NCBI RefSeq assembly: GCF_009914755.1
Contig: NC_060935.1
Reading direction: 5' to 3' (one strand)
DNA from: the human T2T-CHM13v2.0 reference genome, Homo sapiens
Length of the DNA: 64,000 nt
Part shown: positions 42,880 to 57,095 of the stretch, piece after piece
Numbering within the stretch: the first letter of the stretch is position 1
Layout: every line of letters begins with the position of its first letter
The notes under the pieces: model-generated
Told to the model about the DNA's origin: nothing
What the model saw: only the letters and a program-made list of their open reading frames with translations
Databases searched by the model: none
Position numbers and translations under genes: made by a program

Positions 42880-43180
42880 CTGACACAACACTACACCTAC
42901 ACATACACATACAGGTGCACACCTACACACATACCCCAGACACATACAGTTGTACACACTCAGAACTAGCAATAGACTCTAGACAACACTTACACTCAAT
43001 AATACAATAATACCCATACACTAAACACAATAATACACATGCACAAAGCAAACAATGCCTATATCCTTACATGCCTGCACACACACCTACTTGTGCACAC
43101 ACATAACCTCACAAGTGGCACTCATATACATATATGCAGGCATACATTCACAACAGGCAAACAGACATACCTTAAAACAC
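42880..43180 (+). repeat. Degenerate CA-rich low-complexity tract
   Basis: acacaca/catacac-rich sequence. Confidence 0.75.
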
Positions 43181-43463
43181 AGCCATTGAATCATGTGTTC
43201 ATCTTCTCTTTCATCCAGAGGCTTCTTTCCTTTACCCTGGATCTCGCTTTACAATTCACAAAGTGCTTTCCTTTGTTTACTCACTTCCCTAACCTTTTTG
43301 AGGATATCCTCTGTGCTAGGCAACACATGGAAGGTGAATAGGAATCAGACCCTACCCTCCAGGAGGTTTCTAGTTTAGTGGAGGAAACAGACACAGACAG
43401 TGACAAACATAATCTGGTGTGATCATTCAAATCAAAAGCTGTTTCACTCGAATCAAAAGCTAA

Positions 43464-43761
<298 letters not shown>

Positions 43762-43976
43762 AAAAACTATTTCTTGAGCACCTACTGTGTGCTAGATCCA
43801 TGCTGAGCTTTGGGAATACAGAAGTACATAAAGGTCTAGTCTCCCTAGCCTCGAGCAACTTTCAGACTGAAGTGGAAAGAGGCAAAGATATAAGTAGAAT
43901 ATGTGCTGTAATGTACACACTACAGCGGCAGCCCAGAAAAGGGAGTGATTAACGTTGGGGAGAGAATCAGAAAGGG

Positions 43977-44385
43977 TGTCTTAGTATGTTCAGGCTGTTA
44001 TAACAAAATACCATACACTTGGTAATTTACAAACTACAGAAATTTATTGCTCATAGTTCCGGAAACTAGGAAGTCCGAGATCAGGGGGCCAGCAGATTCA
44101 GTGTCTGCTGAGGGTCTGTTCCTCATAGATACGTTCCTCACAGTTCCATCTTCTATAATATGTGTTCTACATGGTGGAAGGGCAAAATGGCTCCCTCCAA
44201 CCTCTTTATGAGGGCACCAATCCCATTCATGAGGGCAAATCGCACCCCCCACGCCCCTCACCACCACCCCCACCTGCCACATCACCTAATCACCTTCCAA
44301 AGGCCCTACCTCTTAATGCCAACATGTTGGGGATTTGATCTGAACACATGAATTTCAGAGGGACAGAAACATCCAGACCACAGCT
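43977..44385 (-). mobile_element. MLT1A0/A1-like solo LTR
   Basis: tgtcttagtatgttcaggctgttataacaaaatacca..gaaatttattgctcatagttc..ggcaccaatcccattcatgaggg..acatccagaccacagc. Confidence 0.85.
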
Positions 44386-47300
44386 GAGACCTTCACAGAG
44401 AAGGTAGCACTGGTCTTTGTGGGATAAAGGGGAGTTCACGAAAAACATGGGGCAGTTTGGTATTTGATGTAAAACCAAAGCAGAGACCTCAGAGGGGTTC
44501 ATCAACAGTTCTCCATTCCTGGACTTCACATGTGAGTGTGTGTGACTGCAGGAGGGAGGGAGGTGAGAGTGGGGATCTGGGGTCGAAGATGAGGCTATAA
44601 AGATCATCAGAGGCAGAGAACAACATCTGCATGTTACAGCGGAGAAAATTGAGGCTCAAGGAGGTAAATGAGGATGTCTTATTCTTCCACTGGGCTCTTT
44701 CCTGCTCTTGGGGCCTGCCACAAATTCTCCTGGCCTTTCTTTCTGAATCAGACAAAGCTGCTTGCTAGTGGCTGAACAAGTTAAAAGCTCAGCGCAGGTG
44801 GGAGGCATTACTATTGACTGTGATGATTATTCTCTAAAATCCAGCTTGGCAGGATTTCTGCCTCGGATAATCAGCAGCTCAGCAGGTCCAGCCCAGGGCA
44901 ATTTGGGCCTTTGAGGCTGAGGGACTCCCAGCCCTTGCTCCAGTCCCCTGCCTGAAGCTGGGGGCAAGCTGGGGGCCTGGTCAGCTGAGTCCAGGAGCCA
45001 GCGCCTCCCCTTGGGGATGCCTCACCCTCCCCTTGCTGCTTTTTACCACGATGTGCCTACCCTCAGTCGCCCTCTCATTAAGCTGACCTCCCCCTTCCAT
45101 GCCAATCATCTCTCCCTCTGGCAACCAGCATTTGCCTCCTCCTCCGAGGTTTCTCCTTCCCTCAGTCTGTGCTGGTGGAAGGGGCGGAGTCATTTTCCTG
45201 AAAGGAGTGTTGATTGAGGAAGCACGCGCCTCCCCCAACCAGCCGTGGGTCTCAGGCAAGCCACTCCCCTCTCCAGGCCTCAGTTTTCTCATCTATAAAC
45301 AGGGCCCACCATTTCCTACAGTCTCACACTAGCCACCCCACATGGCACCTGAGGGCATCTGAGTTTGAGATCCCTGGACTAACTGGTCTCAAAGGTGCCA
45401 TAAAGCGAGTCTCTGGGTTTCTGTGGCTCTGGATCATGGGACAGGCAAGAGAGAGATGACTGGGCTGGGCTGAGAGGCCAGGTACTGCAGGCAACTGATC
45501 CAGTGCAGGCCACTCACCCAGGGTCTTCCTTCCCCAGTCCAGATTCGCGGCATCTCCCACCTGCATTTTGCCCCGGCCTCCTCCTGCTCTCTCCGCCCCC
45601 AGCACCTCCTGCTCTAGTCTGTGCTGTCTCATCAGGGTTCCTCTTAAAAAACTCAGATTGGATTCTGCTATTCTGTTGCTGGACAGCACCACCTATTTGC
45701 CCTAACTCCTTACTTGGCATTCAAGGCCCCTCCCAAGCCAGCCCCTGCCTACCTTCCTGGCCTTATCTCCCATTTCCCCTCACCCTCACCCTCAACTTCC
45801 TTAGTGCCACCCGGCCCATGAAGCCCCATCCTGTGTGGTGGCCATACCTTTGCATACACTAATCCCCCCACCTGGAATTCCTTCTCAGCCTTCTCCACTC
45901 AGAAAAGCCTTCAAGGCCTTGTCCCACGTTGCCTCCTCTGGGAAGCTGTCCCTGACTGTCCCTGGGTGGAGGCAGAGGCATACCTCAGCTAGAACAAGTG
46001 CCAGGTGATAGTGGAGTTAGGTGTGTAAGCTCCTCCTCCTAAACAATGAGCACCTAATAGAGGCCACAGCTTGAGCAGCAGGGCAGTAGCCCTGCCCTGG
46101 TCACCTTTTGTCTTCAGAGCCCAGAAAGGAGGCTGGACATAGTGAGCAGGTGGTCAGTACACCTTTGCTGTAGGAATAAACAACAAATAATGTGTTAGGC
46201 ATTGCCCCACTCCACCTAACTCATTTAAAGTTCAAGAGGCAGGAAGATGTACACAGGTGAAGCCCCACACTGCGGAACAGTGATTCCCTTCTTCCCCTAT
46301 TTGCAGAAGTCTAACCATTTACAAAGCACCTTGCAGCCCTCCCCAGCGAGCCCCTGCAAATAGTGCAGACCTCTCATTTATTATCTCTATGTTGCAAAGG
46401 AGGCCCAGAGAAGCAGAGACTGGCCAGAGGCCCCTGACTGGAGGTGGTGGAGTTCTACACAAGCCATGGCCTCCCTGGAGACACTGCTCCCTGCTGCTTG
46501 TCCAGCTGCAGGCTGCCTCCCTCCCTCCCTCTCAGGGTGGCTGCGGGCCTCTGTCTTTCTCTTGTCACGCAATGTGTATTTGAATCCATCTGGTTGCTTC
46601 TCTGAGTCTCTCTTTGTCTTCTTGTGTTTCTCTCTTACCTCAATTATTTATATTTCTGTCTCCAGCTCTCCGGGCTCCCACTCTTCTTCTGTGTGTTGGC
46701 CTTTGCCTTCTCTCTCTCTCTTTCTCTTTCTTTCTCTGTCTCCCTCTCTGTCTCTATCTGTTCCTTTCCCTCCATTTATCTTTTTCCTTCGCCTGAGCCT
46801 GTCTCTGTCCACCCTTCCCTCCATAATTAGCCTCACTTCTAGCTTTTACTCTTGGGCCCACTCTCGGGTGGGGGTGGGCAGGGGACAAGGAGGGAACATC
46901 TTTCCAGCATGCAGAAAATGGACCAATTAAAGCCACAATGCTGCTCAGGCAACTGAACAAGAAGGAAGCAAAAATAGCCCCAGGCGGGTCGAGCTGGAAA
47001 GAGGCACAGAGAAAAAGACAGAACGGGCGAAATGAATGCAGAGGCCAAAGTCACAGTCGGGCCATCGAGGGGGAAGCTCCTTCCCACCCATATCTGGAAG
47101 CTGGACTCCGGCTGCAGCATGGCAGGGTGGACCTGCCTCATCCTCAACCCTGGCCCAACCCTTTATCTCACCTGAGGACACCCTGGAGCCTGCCAGACCT
47201 CTCTGGAATCCCAGAGGTCCTGAGCTTCCTCCCAAGTTGACGCCCACCTCCTATCTCTGGACCCCTTCCCACCAAGTGGCCCAGGGGTGCTGGGAGAGGC

Positions 47301-47807
47301 ATCCACCCCACCCTGTCTAAGCCTGGCTTTCATCCATCCTCAGGTCCCCAGGAATCCAAGGCCTGCTCTATACGGGATACTCGAGGGTTGTAGACAGAAT
47401 GGTGAGGCAATGGTATGCTTAGCAAATGCCATCCCCCACCCAAGGAGCTCACAGGCTGTGGGGAAAACCAAGCAAAGAAACAGGCAGAAAAAACACACCT
47501 CGCCACACTAAGCACAGCCTGGGGAGTCCAGAAAGGGGGCTCAAGGAATTGATATCTGCCCCCAGCCTGCAGAGCCTGCAAGGGGAGCCTGCGCAGAGTA
47601 GGCAGTGAGGGCTGGAGATGAGCCTGATCAGAGGAAAACACAGGGAGCCCTCAGGAAAATGAGAGAACTCCCATGAGGCCACGGAGGAGTTGGGGGAGAA
47701 GAATGTGAGGGCTGCGCTTTGTCCAGGACAAGGTCTTGGAAGTTATTCTCAGAGCACTGGGGAGCCAGGAAGGGTTTTATGCAGGGGAGGGCAACATGAT
47801 GTGCTCC

Positions 47808-48111
<304 letters not shown>

Positions 48112-49235
48112 TAATATGTTCCTTTATGGAGATTCCACTGCCTGCAGGGAGGGGAAGATGGATGAGGCTAAAGCAAGGAGAGCAGGCCGGATGCTACTGC
48201 AAAGCACTGGGGAAGAGCCAATGGGCCCTAAAATGGCAGTGGCTGTGAGATGGAGGGAATGCAGGATATGGGAGATGAGGTAAGGTGAGGTCGGGGAACC
48301 CAGCCAGAGTGACTAGGCCCCTCCTCAGCTGGAACCACTTCAGTACATAGGAATGGCTCACAGACTTTGAGCCATCTGAGGGCAGATTTCCATCCTTTTT
48401 GTACCCAGCCCACAGCCTGTGGCCTGGAACATATTAATGCTAAAAATATTTGTTAGATGAGTGAGTTACTCAATCCATCATTCCCCAGCTGGCCTCCAAG
48501 GCCAGGGCTGTGACCTGGCCCAGTTCCTCCCTGGCTTTCTCCCCAGCCCTCTTTCACGTCCTACTCCCTGCCCTCCAGCAGGCTGGATTCCCTGAAATTG
48601 CCTGGATTCATTCCATTTCTCTGCCTGGCTCATTTGATTGTGTCCTAGAACACTCTCCTCTCATTTTCACATGCCCAAGTCCTACCCACTCGTCAAGATC
48701 CAGTTCCAGTGCCCCCTCCTACATGCAGCCCTACCTTCCTCTCTTCCCTCCAGGTGCTCAGAGCACATGACCTGGGCCTCTCTTATGGCAGGGGCCACAG
48801 TGGGCCTCCTGTATTGTTCTCCACGCCTATGCTAGAATCCCTGTATACACTCAGAGCAGCTTTAGGGCAGAAATCTGGGTCTGATTCTACAGTCTTCAGG
48901 ACAGGCCTGCCCCAGAGAGAGGTCTCCATGAAGACTTAATAGAAGAAGGAAGGAAGGGAGGGAGGGGAGGGGAGAGTAGACGTGTCTGTGCTGGCCATGT
49001 GTGTCAGCCAGGGGGCGAGGGAGGCTTGAATTGCTTTAGCTTCTGATGCATAAGCCATTCCTCCATCAGCTCTGCCACTCCCTGCTTGGGTGTGCCCACA
49101 ATGTGGTTCTGGTTTTCTGAGCCTGATCTATACCTTACACCAAACCTGACATTAACATCAGAAATCCTGATTTTCTTCTTTCGCTAAAACCCACTGCGAC
49201 TTCAACCTCACTGTTTCTGCTAGTCACAGAAATAT

Positions 49236-49376
49236 ATGGATGGATGGATGGATGGATGGACAGATGGATGAATAGATGGACAGATGGATGGCTGAATGGA
49301 TGGACAGATGGATGGATAGATGGATGGATGGAAGGATGGATGGATGGATGGATGGATGGATGGATGGATGGATGGA
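49236..49376 (+). repeat. (TGGA)n microsatellite
   Basis: Interrupted ggat repeats. Confidence 0.95.
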
Positions 49377-49504
49377 GAATTGGTTGAATGGATGGAGTGA
49401 ATGACCAAATTAATGACTAAGAGGAAATCATCCAAGAACTATGAATGATGGACCATAGGTGATGGGCTACCAGAATTTGGTGAACCTCAGTCAAATTCTG
49501 GCTA

Positions 49505-50000
49505 TGTGTTCATTTATTCACCTGGCATTAATGGAGCACCTGCCATGTGTAAAACATTATGGTAGACCCCAGGAATCTAAACGTGGTCCCTGTCCCCATA
49601 CAGCTTATAGTCTAGTGAAGGAGTCAGACAAAAAAACTGAGGAATTACCAAGATAATATAATGGGATAAAAAATATGACAGAGAACATGTGGGAAGCTGC
49701 CTGGAGCATCACTCATTCCAGAGCATCTGGGAAGGCTTCCTGGAAGAAGCGACATCTAAACTGTGAAAGGCAGGACTGATGAGTACAGGGTAGGGAGTGT
49801 GAATGAGGCTGGCAGAGGGAACAGTGTGTGTAAAGGGCAAGGAGCAAAGTTCAATCAGGGGCACGGAGCACTGGGGACAGTAGATGAAGCAGAAGAGGAA
49901 GACAGGAGCCAGATCTTTCAGGCCCTCGTGGGCTCCAAAGGAGTTCAGGCTCTGTCCTAAAACAGGAGGAATCCCTTGCAAGGTGTCAAACATGAATGCA
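49505..50000 (-). mobile_element. L2 3' region
   Basis: cattaatggagcacctgccatgtg..ggtccctgtccccatacagcttatagtctagtg..gggaaggcttcctggaagaagcgacatct..ggcagagggaacagtgtgtgtaaagg. Confidence 0.8.
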
Positions 50001-51484
50001 GGAAGACTATTAATTGGAAAATGTGTATCAAAATTTCTTCTGTTAAGCAGAAAGATTATTTTCTTCTGGTGTTTTCCCATAAATAACACTGTGCTACATC
50101 TATAAATCACCTGGGAAATTTAAAAGCAGGAAACCTTGTACTGCTTTTCTTGGCGATGAAAAACCAAGAAAATGAAAACAGAATTAACCTCTTAGCCTGA
50201 AATGTAACGTTTCTCATTGACCAAGTTGAAATTGTCCTATTTCCTTTTTCATTAAAATATGACTCCATTTCATATTTATAACCCATAAGGTTAAAAGTTC
50301 AGAAATCAAAGCCCATGTCTGTTAAAATAATACTATGCTTCATTGAAAAAAAATAACCAGAATGCCAAAGTTTGTTCTTTTGGTTAAATAATACATTTTC
50401 TAGCATGGCTATGTCTCAGAAACAGTTCTCAAGTGTTCACAATAGCTATAATGAGCCTATTGGAGGAGGTATAGTTCACATGTTAAATAAATAACTACAT
50501 CAAATAGCTTAGGGAAACACAGTTTTAAAATTACCGTTTGATTTTCTGATGTGGCTACAAAAGTAAACTGAAAAAACAGAAGAAATCACTGTTTTAAGAT
50601 ATAGCAGATTCCTCTCCAAAGGAAACCTACAACTACCTATTCCATAGCTTGCAGACTTCATTCATTCAGCGGGATGATGTAAATAACAATCGGGGGTGTG
50701 GGAGGGGCTGGTGTGGATAGGGGAAGCATGGTCAGGAAGTAGCATTCACACCTGGAGAGCGACAAGGTGCTTGTCACTAGAAGAACCAAAGAAAGGGGGG
50801 CCTAGGCAGAAGGAACAGCAGGTGCCAAGGCTCAGAGGCAGGAAAAGACTTAATAGAAATAAAAACAAATAAGCAGGTTGGCATTCCCACGGTTGTCCCT
50901 GATTTGCTGTGGGAATGCCCGCCTGCTGCGTGCTTCTCATGTTCCCTGTCTGGGCCTTGTGCCTTCTTCCTGAAGTGGAAGGGGGGTCCCAAGGCTTTTT
51001 AGAAGCTGCCTCCTTGCCTAGCTTTCTGGCTCCTCTGTCCCCCGTCCCTGGACTCCTCCCAGCCCCCTCCCGTCTCTTGCCTGCCCTCCTGCATCCGATG
51101 CCCTGGCTGTCAGGGAGAGGAAGTTAGCTGCAGGCACATACATTTTTTAAAAACCCAGCCATTTAAGGAAACTATGCCTCTAAACAAACACTCAAAGGCC
51201 CCCACCTCTTGTCCCTAAGGGAGGCAGCACCAGGGCCAGGTCAGGAATTCCGGGCATGTGGGGAAGGCCCTGAATGGAGGGGAAGGCAAGTTGCTGGTCA
51301 GACCTCCTCCCCTCAGAGGGCCTCGCCCCAGTCCTGAGAACCAGCCCTGACTCCTCCAGGACCCCAGGGCTGCTCTGCTGGTCCCAGGCCAATGGGGCCC
51401 AGGAAAAAGGCCAGAGTCATTCCCTGGGCATCTGGCAAGAATATGGCGTCTGTTGTTGTTTTTTTCTTTTTTATTAACTTTTTA

Positions 51485-51824
<340 letters not shown>

Positions 51825-53039
51825 TAAAATAATCTATATAACGTACGCACATTTAAAAGACTATGTTAAATCGTAAAATAATAATAAATGAAGGCTTGTA
51901 TAAGCCCAGACTAAGAAACCCAGCCTAAGAAACCTTCCCAATGCTTTCCAAGCCCACGCTTGCCCTGACCCTGTGGCTGCCCCATATCCCCCTGCCCAGG
52001 TTAACCACTGGGTTCCGTGTTGTGCTGTGGAAGCCCATGGCCCAGAGACCCAAGAACATGATTGCAGTAAGAAAATGGGAGGTTTCGTAAGCTTGTCGCT
52101 GCAAGGGAGTGCACAGCGCAGGGAAACCTCGGTGGTGTCTCAGGGAAAGGGATCTGGAAAGCCCCTGAGAAGATCTAGGCTTGGCTGGATGATTCCAAGG
52201 AAAACCAGGAAAGCAAGTCCAGTTCTGGACTGAGTGCATGGGCACTTAATAATTTTGATCTTGGAGGCAGGAGGGTTAAAACCGCACCGGCGTTGTCTGG
52301 TGAGCAAGCCACTGTCACTCAGAAAGGCAGTGGAGAGGAAGGGGTGTTTCACCGGTGCTTACTCACTGGTGGGGTCTCACAGTTAGCCTGGTCTGTGTCT
52401 ATGAGTGTGGTTTGTGGTTTCTTGGAAACGTTATCTATCTGTGAGCACAATTTGTCATTACTCAGTGTTAATCATTGTGCAGCTTTTCTTTATAGTTTGC
52501 ATGTATACTATGTATCTTGTAGATTTATGTGTGGCTAAATGATATGCTGTTTGTCATCACCACCACTACCCCACCACTGCCACTACAACAACCCCACCAC
52601 CTCCATTGCTGCCACCATCACCACGACAGCTACGCCCTCACACCCACAGAAGCGGCGGTGTGGGAGGCCACATGTGCTCTAGCTGTTCCATGTGTGGGGT
52701 GTGTATCTGTGTATGCTGGGGTGGCTGTGGGGGGAGAGAGGCTATTTAGAGAGTTTCAGGCTGAGCAGCACTGAGGAACCAAGAAGTTGGCTGCAAAGAT
52801 CTGGGCCTACTGCAAAGATCATTGAGTACCTCCTGCGGTCCCAGTCTCTCTTTCTCTCCTTACTCCTGGATTTATCTGAAGATGAGGGCTGAGTGACCAA
52901 ACAAGCATGGGATCAAGGGCCAGAAAGTAGCATCAGGCTCAGAGCTGGAGTCAGGGCTGGCACTGGGAGGCCCCGACAGCAGGAGCCTCTGATCCACCTT
53001 GTTCCAGCTGTCTTGAGGACCATCTCTCCCGGCAGCATA

Positions 53040-53192
53040 CCGTGTGGCTTCACACTGCTCTGCCTCTCTGAACCTCGGTTTCTTCATCTATAAAATGGGA
53101 ATAAGAGTAAGCCACCTCAATGGACTGTGGGAGGCTTAAGTAAATTGAAGTGCCATGCAAGTAGCTAGCATGCAGTTGCAGCTCAATGAATG
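53040..53192 (+). mobile_element. MIR
   Basis: cctctctgaacctcggtttcttcatctataaaatgggaataa. Confidence 0.8.
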
Positions 53193-53479
53193 TGAGTCCC
53201 TTGTCCTCCTCTGGGGGTGGGCTGGAATCACAGGGTAGTGGGTGGCAGGTAGCAGGAGGTGAGACGATGGGGTGCCATGACCTCTCCTAACACCTGATGC
53301 TGGACAGGAAACAGGAGGCTTCTGGGAAGGGCCCGGGACAGATGCGACCTGCCACCCAGGCTGCCCCTGAATGTCCTCTGCCCAGTGCTGCCCCAGCTGC
53401 ATGGAGGGACCCCAGAGTGGGGCATGGGCTGGGAGGGGGTGGGGGAGGCTGAGAGAGCAGGAGAAGGAAGTGAGTCATG

Positions 53480-53938
53480 GTGGGGAAGAGGAGAAAAGGC
53501 AGGAAGGAAGAACATGCAGGAAGAAAAGAGGGAGAGAGGGATATGACGGGAGGAAAGAGGAGAGGAGGGGAAAGGAGAAGGAAAGGGAGGGGAGGGGAGG
53601 GGAGGGGAGGACTGAAGGGAGGAAGTAGAGGGAGCAAAAAATGGGAGGGAGGAAAGAAGGAAGGAAGGAGGGATGGAAGGATGGAAGGAAGGAAGGAAGG
53701 GAGGGAGGGAGGAAAAGACGGAAGGAGGGAGGGAAGGAGGGAAGGAATTGAAGAAAGGGAGGGAAGGAATAGAGGGAAGGAAGGGAGGGAGGAGGGAGAG
53801 AAGGAAGGGAGGAAGGAGAGAAGGAAGGGAGGAAGGAGGGAAGGAAGGGAGGAAGGAGGGAAGGAAGGGAAGGAAGAGAGGAGGGAAGGAAGGAAGGGAA
53901 AGAAGGAAGGGAGGGAAGGAAGGGAGGGAGATGAGGAG
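53480..53938 (+). repeat. GA-rich polypurine low-complexity tract
   Basis: ~450 bp of ggaa/ggga/ggggag. Confidence 0.95.
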
Positions 53939-54489
53939 ACACTGGCAGCTCAGTACCTGGCAGAAGGAGATAAACAGAGTCTGGAGCCACCACTGCCCTT
54001 GTCCAGCCACCAGCACAGGCATGGGGGCAGGGAACTGGGCCGGCTGGCCTTGCCAACTGCTTAACAACGCCCTTCCCCAACCTGCCACCACAGTGGGATC
54101 CCGCCAACCTGCCACCCTGTCTGCTGGGAACAATAGGGAGCTGTCTGAAGCTGTGTCACTGGCTGCCTCCCCCAAAAGAAGGTGACAGCGATGTCTCCCT
54201 GCCATGGGCCTCAAAGCCAGCTGCCAGCCCTTCTAAGCCGTGGGGACAGGAATCTACAGCTGGGCCTCCCTCTGTAACAGCTCCCCCTTGGAACCCCTCC
54301 ACACCCACCTCCTCCTTTTATTTCCTCCAGCCCTCAGCTCCCTCAGCCTGATCTCCCCAGGCATCCCCTGACATTTGGCCTTGCTCCCCGCTGCTATCTG
54401 CTCATCATGTTGGGGACAGGAGATGGGAAAGGGCAGTAGAGACAGTGCTGGGGAGTCAGGACGTGGGGTTTCAGTCTCGCCTTTGTCAC

Positions 54490-54935
54490 TGTGGCACAGA
54501 TGGCCAGCCGTCTCTCATCATCTATTCTCCCCTCTTCCTGATGAACGCACCCCTAATTTGGTGTCAGGCACATGGCAGCTGAGAGTAGAGGCCACATTTC
54601 CCAGACTCCTCTGCAATTACATGTCACTATGTGACAAAGTTCTGACCAATGCAATAGAACTGCAACCCCTGGGACATGTCCTCTTGGGGAAAGGCATTCT
54701 CTTTTTAACCCTTCTGCTTTCTGCTCTGGAATGCAGATTATGATGGCCGCAGATACGATGGCTACAGCTGGGGCACCCATTTCGGGTCACAAGGTAGGGT
54801 TCAATGTTGAAGATGGCAGAGCCAATTGCATCCCTGATGATCGTGGAGTGCCGGGCCTGCCTGAGATGCTCACCTCTCTTCCTTTACCAGAGAGAGAAAG
54901 TAAGTTGTTTAAGCTGCTAATGTGGGGGCTCCTCA
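54490..54935 (+). mobile_element. MLT1J-like LTR
   Basis: acatttcccagactcctctgca..tgtgacaaagttctgaccaat..ctggaatgcaga..gatggcagagc..ttgtttaagctgct. Confidence 0.7.
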
Positions 54936-54939
54936 AAAC

Positions 54940-55280
54940 GCTTGCACTTGCTACTACCTCTCCCTGGAATACTCTTCCTCCAGATCTTTATTCAGGCCCC
55001 TGCTTGTTGTCATCTTCTCATTAAAGCCCGCATTGTCCTTTCTGTCTAACATTACCACCCTCCACTCCTTCTCACTGTCAAGTGGAAAACTCTTTATAGC
55101 ACACGCTGATAGCTCCATTTTCTTGTTTGTTACGGGCTTCTTTCTCTTTCTGACTTCTGCCAGTAAAATGAAAGCTCCATGAGAGCAGGCACCTGCCATG
55201 TTCACTGCCAGATCACTAGGACTCGGAACAGCACCTGGCACATAGTAAATGCTCAATAAATCCTTGGTGAATAAATATAG
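54940..55280 (+). mobile_element. L2 3' end
   Basis: aaagctccatgagagcagg..gttcactgc..aacagcacctggcacatagtaaatgctcaataaa..tgaataaat. Confidence 0.85.
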
Positions 55281-57057
55281 GTGGAAATGAAAGGACTAGA
55301 AGTGAATTGACATTTATTGAGCACCTATTGTGTGCAGGCACCGTGCTGGATGCTTTAGGTAAACCATTTCATTCACACGTCTTAACATTTTTAGGTACAA
55401 ATTGTTACTCTCATTTTTTCACATCTAGAAACTGAAGTTGTGAGATTATAGGTGACATAATCTCAGATCCCAGAGATCTAAGCAGGAGGGTTGTGGGGGT
55501 GCAGGCAGGGTCCTGGGATGTAAGCTCAGGTGCCTTGAATCAAGCCCAATGGGTTTTCATTATTCTGGCCAGGCTCTCCGAAGATAAAAGACATCCTCAG
55601 ATGTTCCTAAAGCCTCCCATTCAGCTTATTCTCTCACCTGCTTGCTAAGCAACTCTGCACCACCTCCCAAGCAGCCTCTTCACTGGCTTTGATTTTTAGT
55701 GTCTTTCTGATTATTTCCTGAGGAGATTGTGCTAGAAGCCTGTGGAATCACAGAGGCACTGGGTAGCGTGAACAGAAATGCCTTTTTCTACTCTGAAATG
55801 TGAGGACTGACTCCTTCAGGAGGGAGAAGGGAACGTTGTCATTTCCAAGTACATTCTCTGCCAGGCCTGTTTCAGGAACTCCTGCCTGCTCATCTCACAT
55901 GATCTTCATGCCAATCCTGGCAGGGAGGCAGCTGCGTGGCCATGCACCAGTCTCCTTGCTCCTCTGAGCCTCCTTTTTCTCATCTGGCAAACGGGGATAA
56001 TGAGGCTACCAACCTGGAAATGTGGCTGAGAGGTAAATGGGATGAAGATGAGGCCAGGGAATTTGGTTTTAAGGTTCAAATCAAGGATATTTCCTGCAGC
56101 TAAATAGAAAGCACCTTTACCTTCATCCTGTATGCAGCCCCCCATACCTCCAACTTCAGCATCCTGGTGACTTAATGCATCAATAGCTCACAAGTTTGAA
56201 GATTCCCCTGCTCTCCTGAGTCCTCTCCCTTACTGGCCATGTGACCTTAAACAAGTCCTTCACCTGGCTGAGCCTCAATTTCCTTGTATGTAAACTGAAG
56301 GCACTGGACTAGGTTCCCTTCCAGTCTGAAATTCACAGGCTTCTCTATCAAGTAAAGTCTGAGGAATAGTAGCTACCAAACGTGAGCATTTGTTACATGC
56401 CGGCAGAATTGCCAGCACATTTACCTACATTGTCTAATTTTGTCCTCACCACAATCCTGTGGGAAAGCTTTCATCCCTCCCATTTAACAGGTGAGGAAAT
56501 TGAAGCTCAGGGGTGGAACAAATCACTCAAGATCACACAGGGGTAATGGGATTCAAACTCAAGTGTCGCTCAGATGCTCAGACCATTGAACTCTACTGCA
56601 CACATAGAATCAGAATTTATTTTCACTACCATTTTTTCTGGCCAGGCTTTTCCTGTTTAGCTTGTCCTTGAGGACGGAGCTATTGGGACACATCCAGGGC
56701 TTAGGACCACCTGTAGGTGAGACAAGCAGGCTACGGAAAGCATGGAGCCGCCTTGTTGGCAACTGGGGCCACAGGCTGTGTTCCACTCTCTTCAGTCCAC
56801 ATCTCTGGGTGATACACTCATGTTTGGAGGTGCCTGCAGTGGCAGGAGGAAGTGGGGAGTGGGGAATATGACAGTTCTCCAAGGAATTTGGAAGGCAGGG
56901 GAAAGAGCTGCACAGGCACCGTCACGTCATTGGCAAAGGTGCCAAAGAAATGTCAGAACAAAATGTGCTGGCTGGGATTGGAGATGAAAAATCCATTCGT
57001 GGCTGCCCTGAAGCAAATCCCTTCACTCCCCAACTACCATCTCAGAAGGAGGAATTA

Positions 57058-57067
57058 GTCACGTGAC
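57058..57067. promoter_or_regulatory. Perfect palindromic E-box GTCACGTGAC (CLEAR / USF / BHLHE40 type)
   Basis: Exact 10-bp palindrome with intact CpG; binding not shown. Confidence 0.55.
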
Positions 57068-57074
57068 AGAGCTC

Positions 57075-57095
57075 TTCAGCACCATGGACAGTGCC
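57075..57095 (+). promoter_or_regulatory. RE1/NRSE (REST binding site)
   Basis: ttcagcaccatggacagtgcc vs consensus TTCAGCACC(A)(C/T)GGACAGCGCC: both half-sites, canonical 2-bp spacer, one C>T change. Confidence 0.85.

Noticed and set aside
53228-54214. 328-aa ORF and overlapping long ORFs
   Set aside because: They arise from a stop-poor GA/TC low-complexity tract; Pro/Ser/Leu/Phe or Gly/Arg/Glu/Lys composition with no domain.
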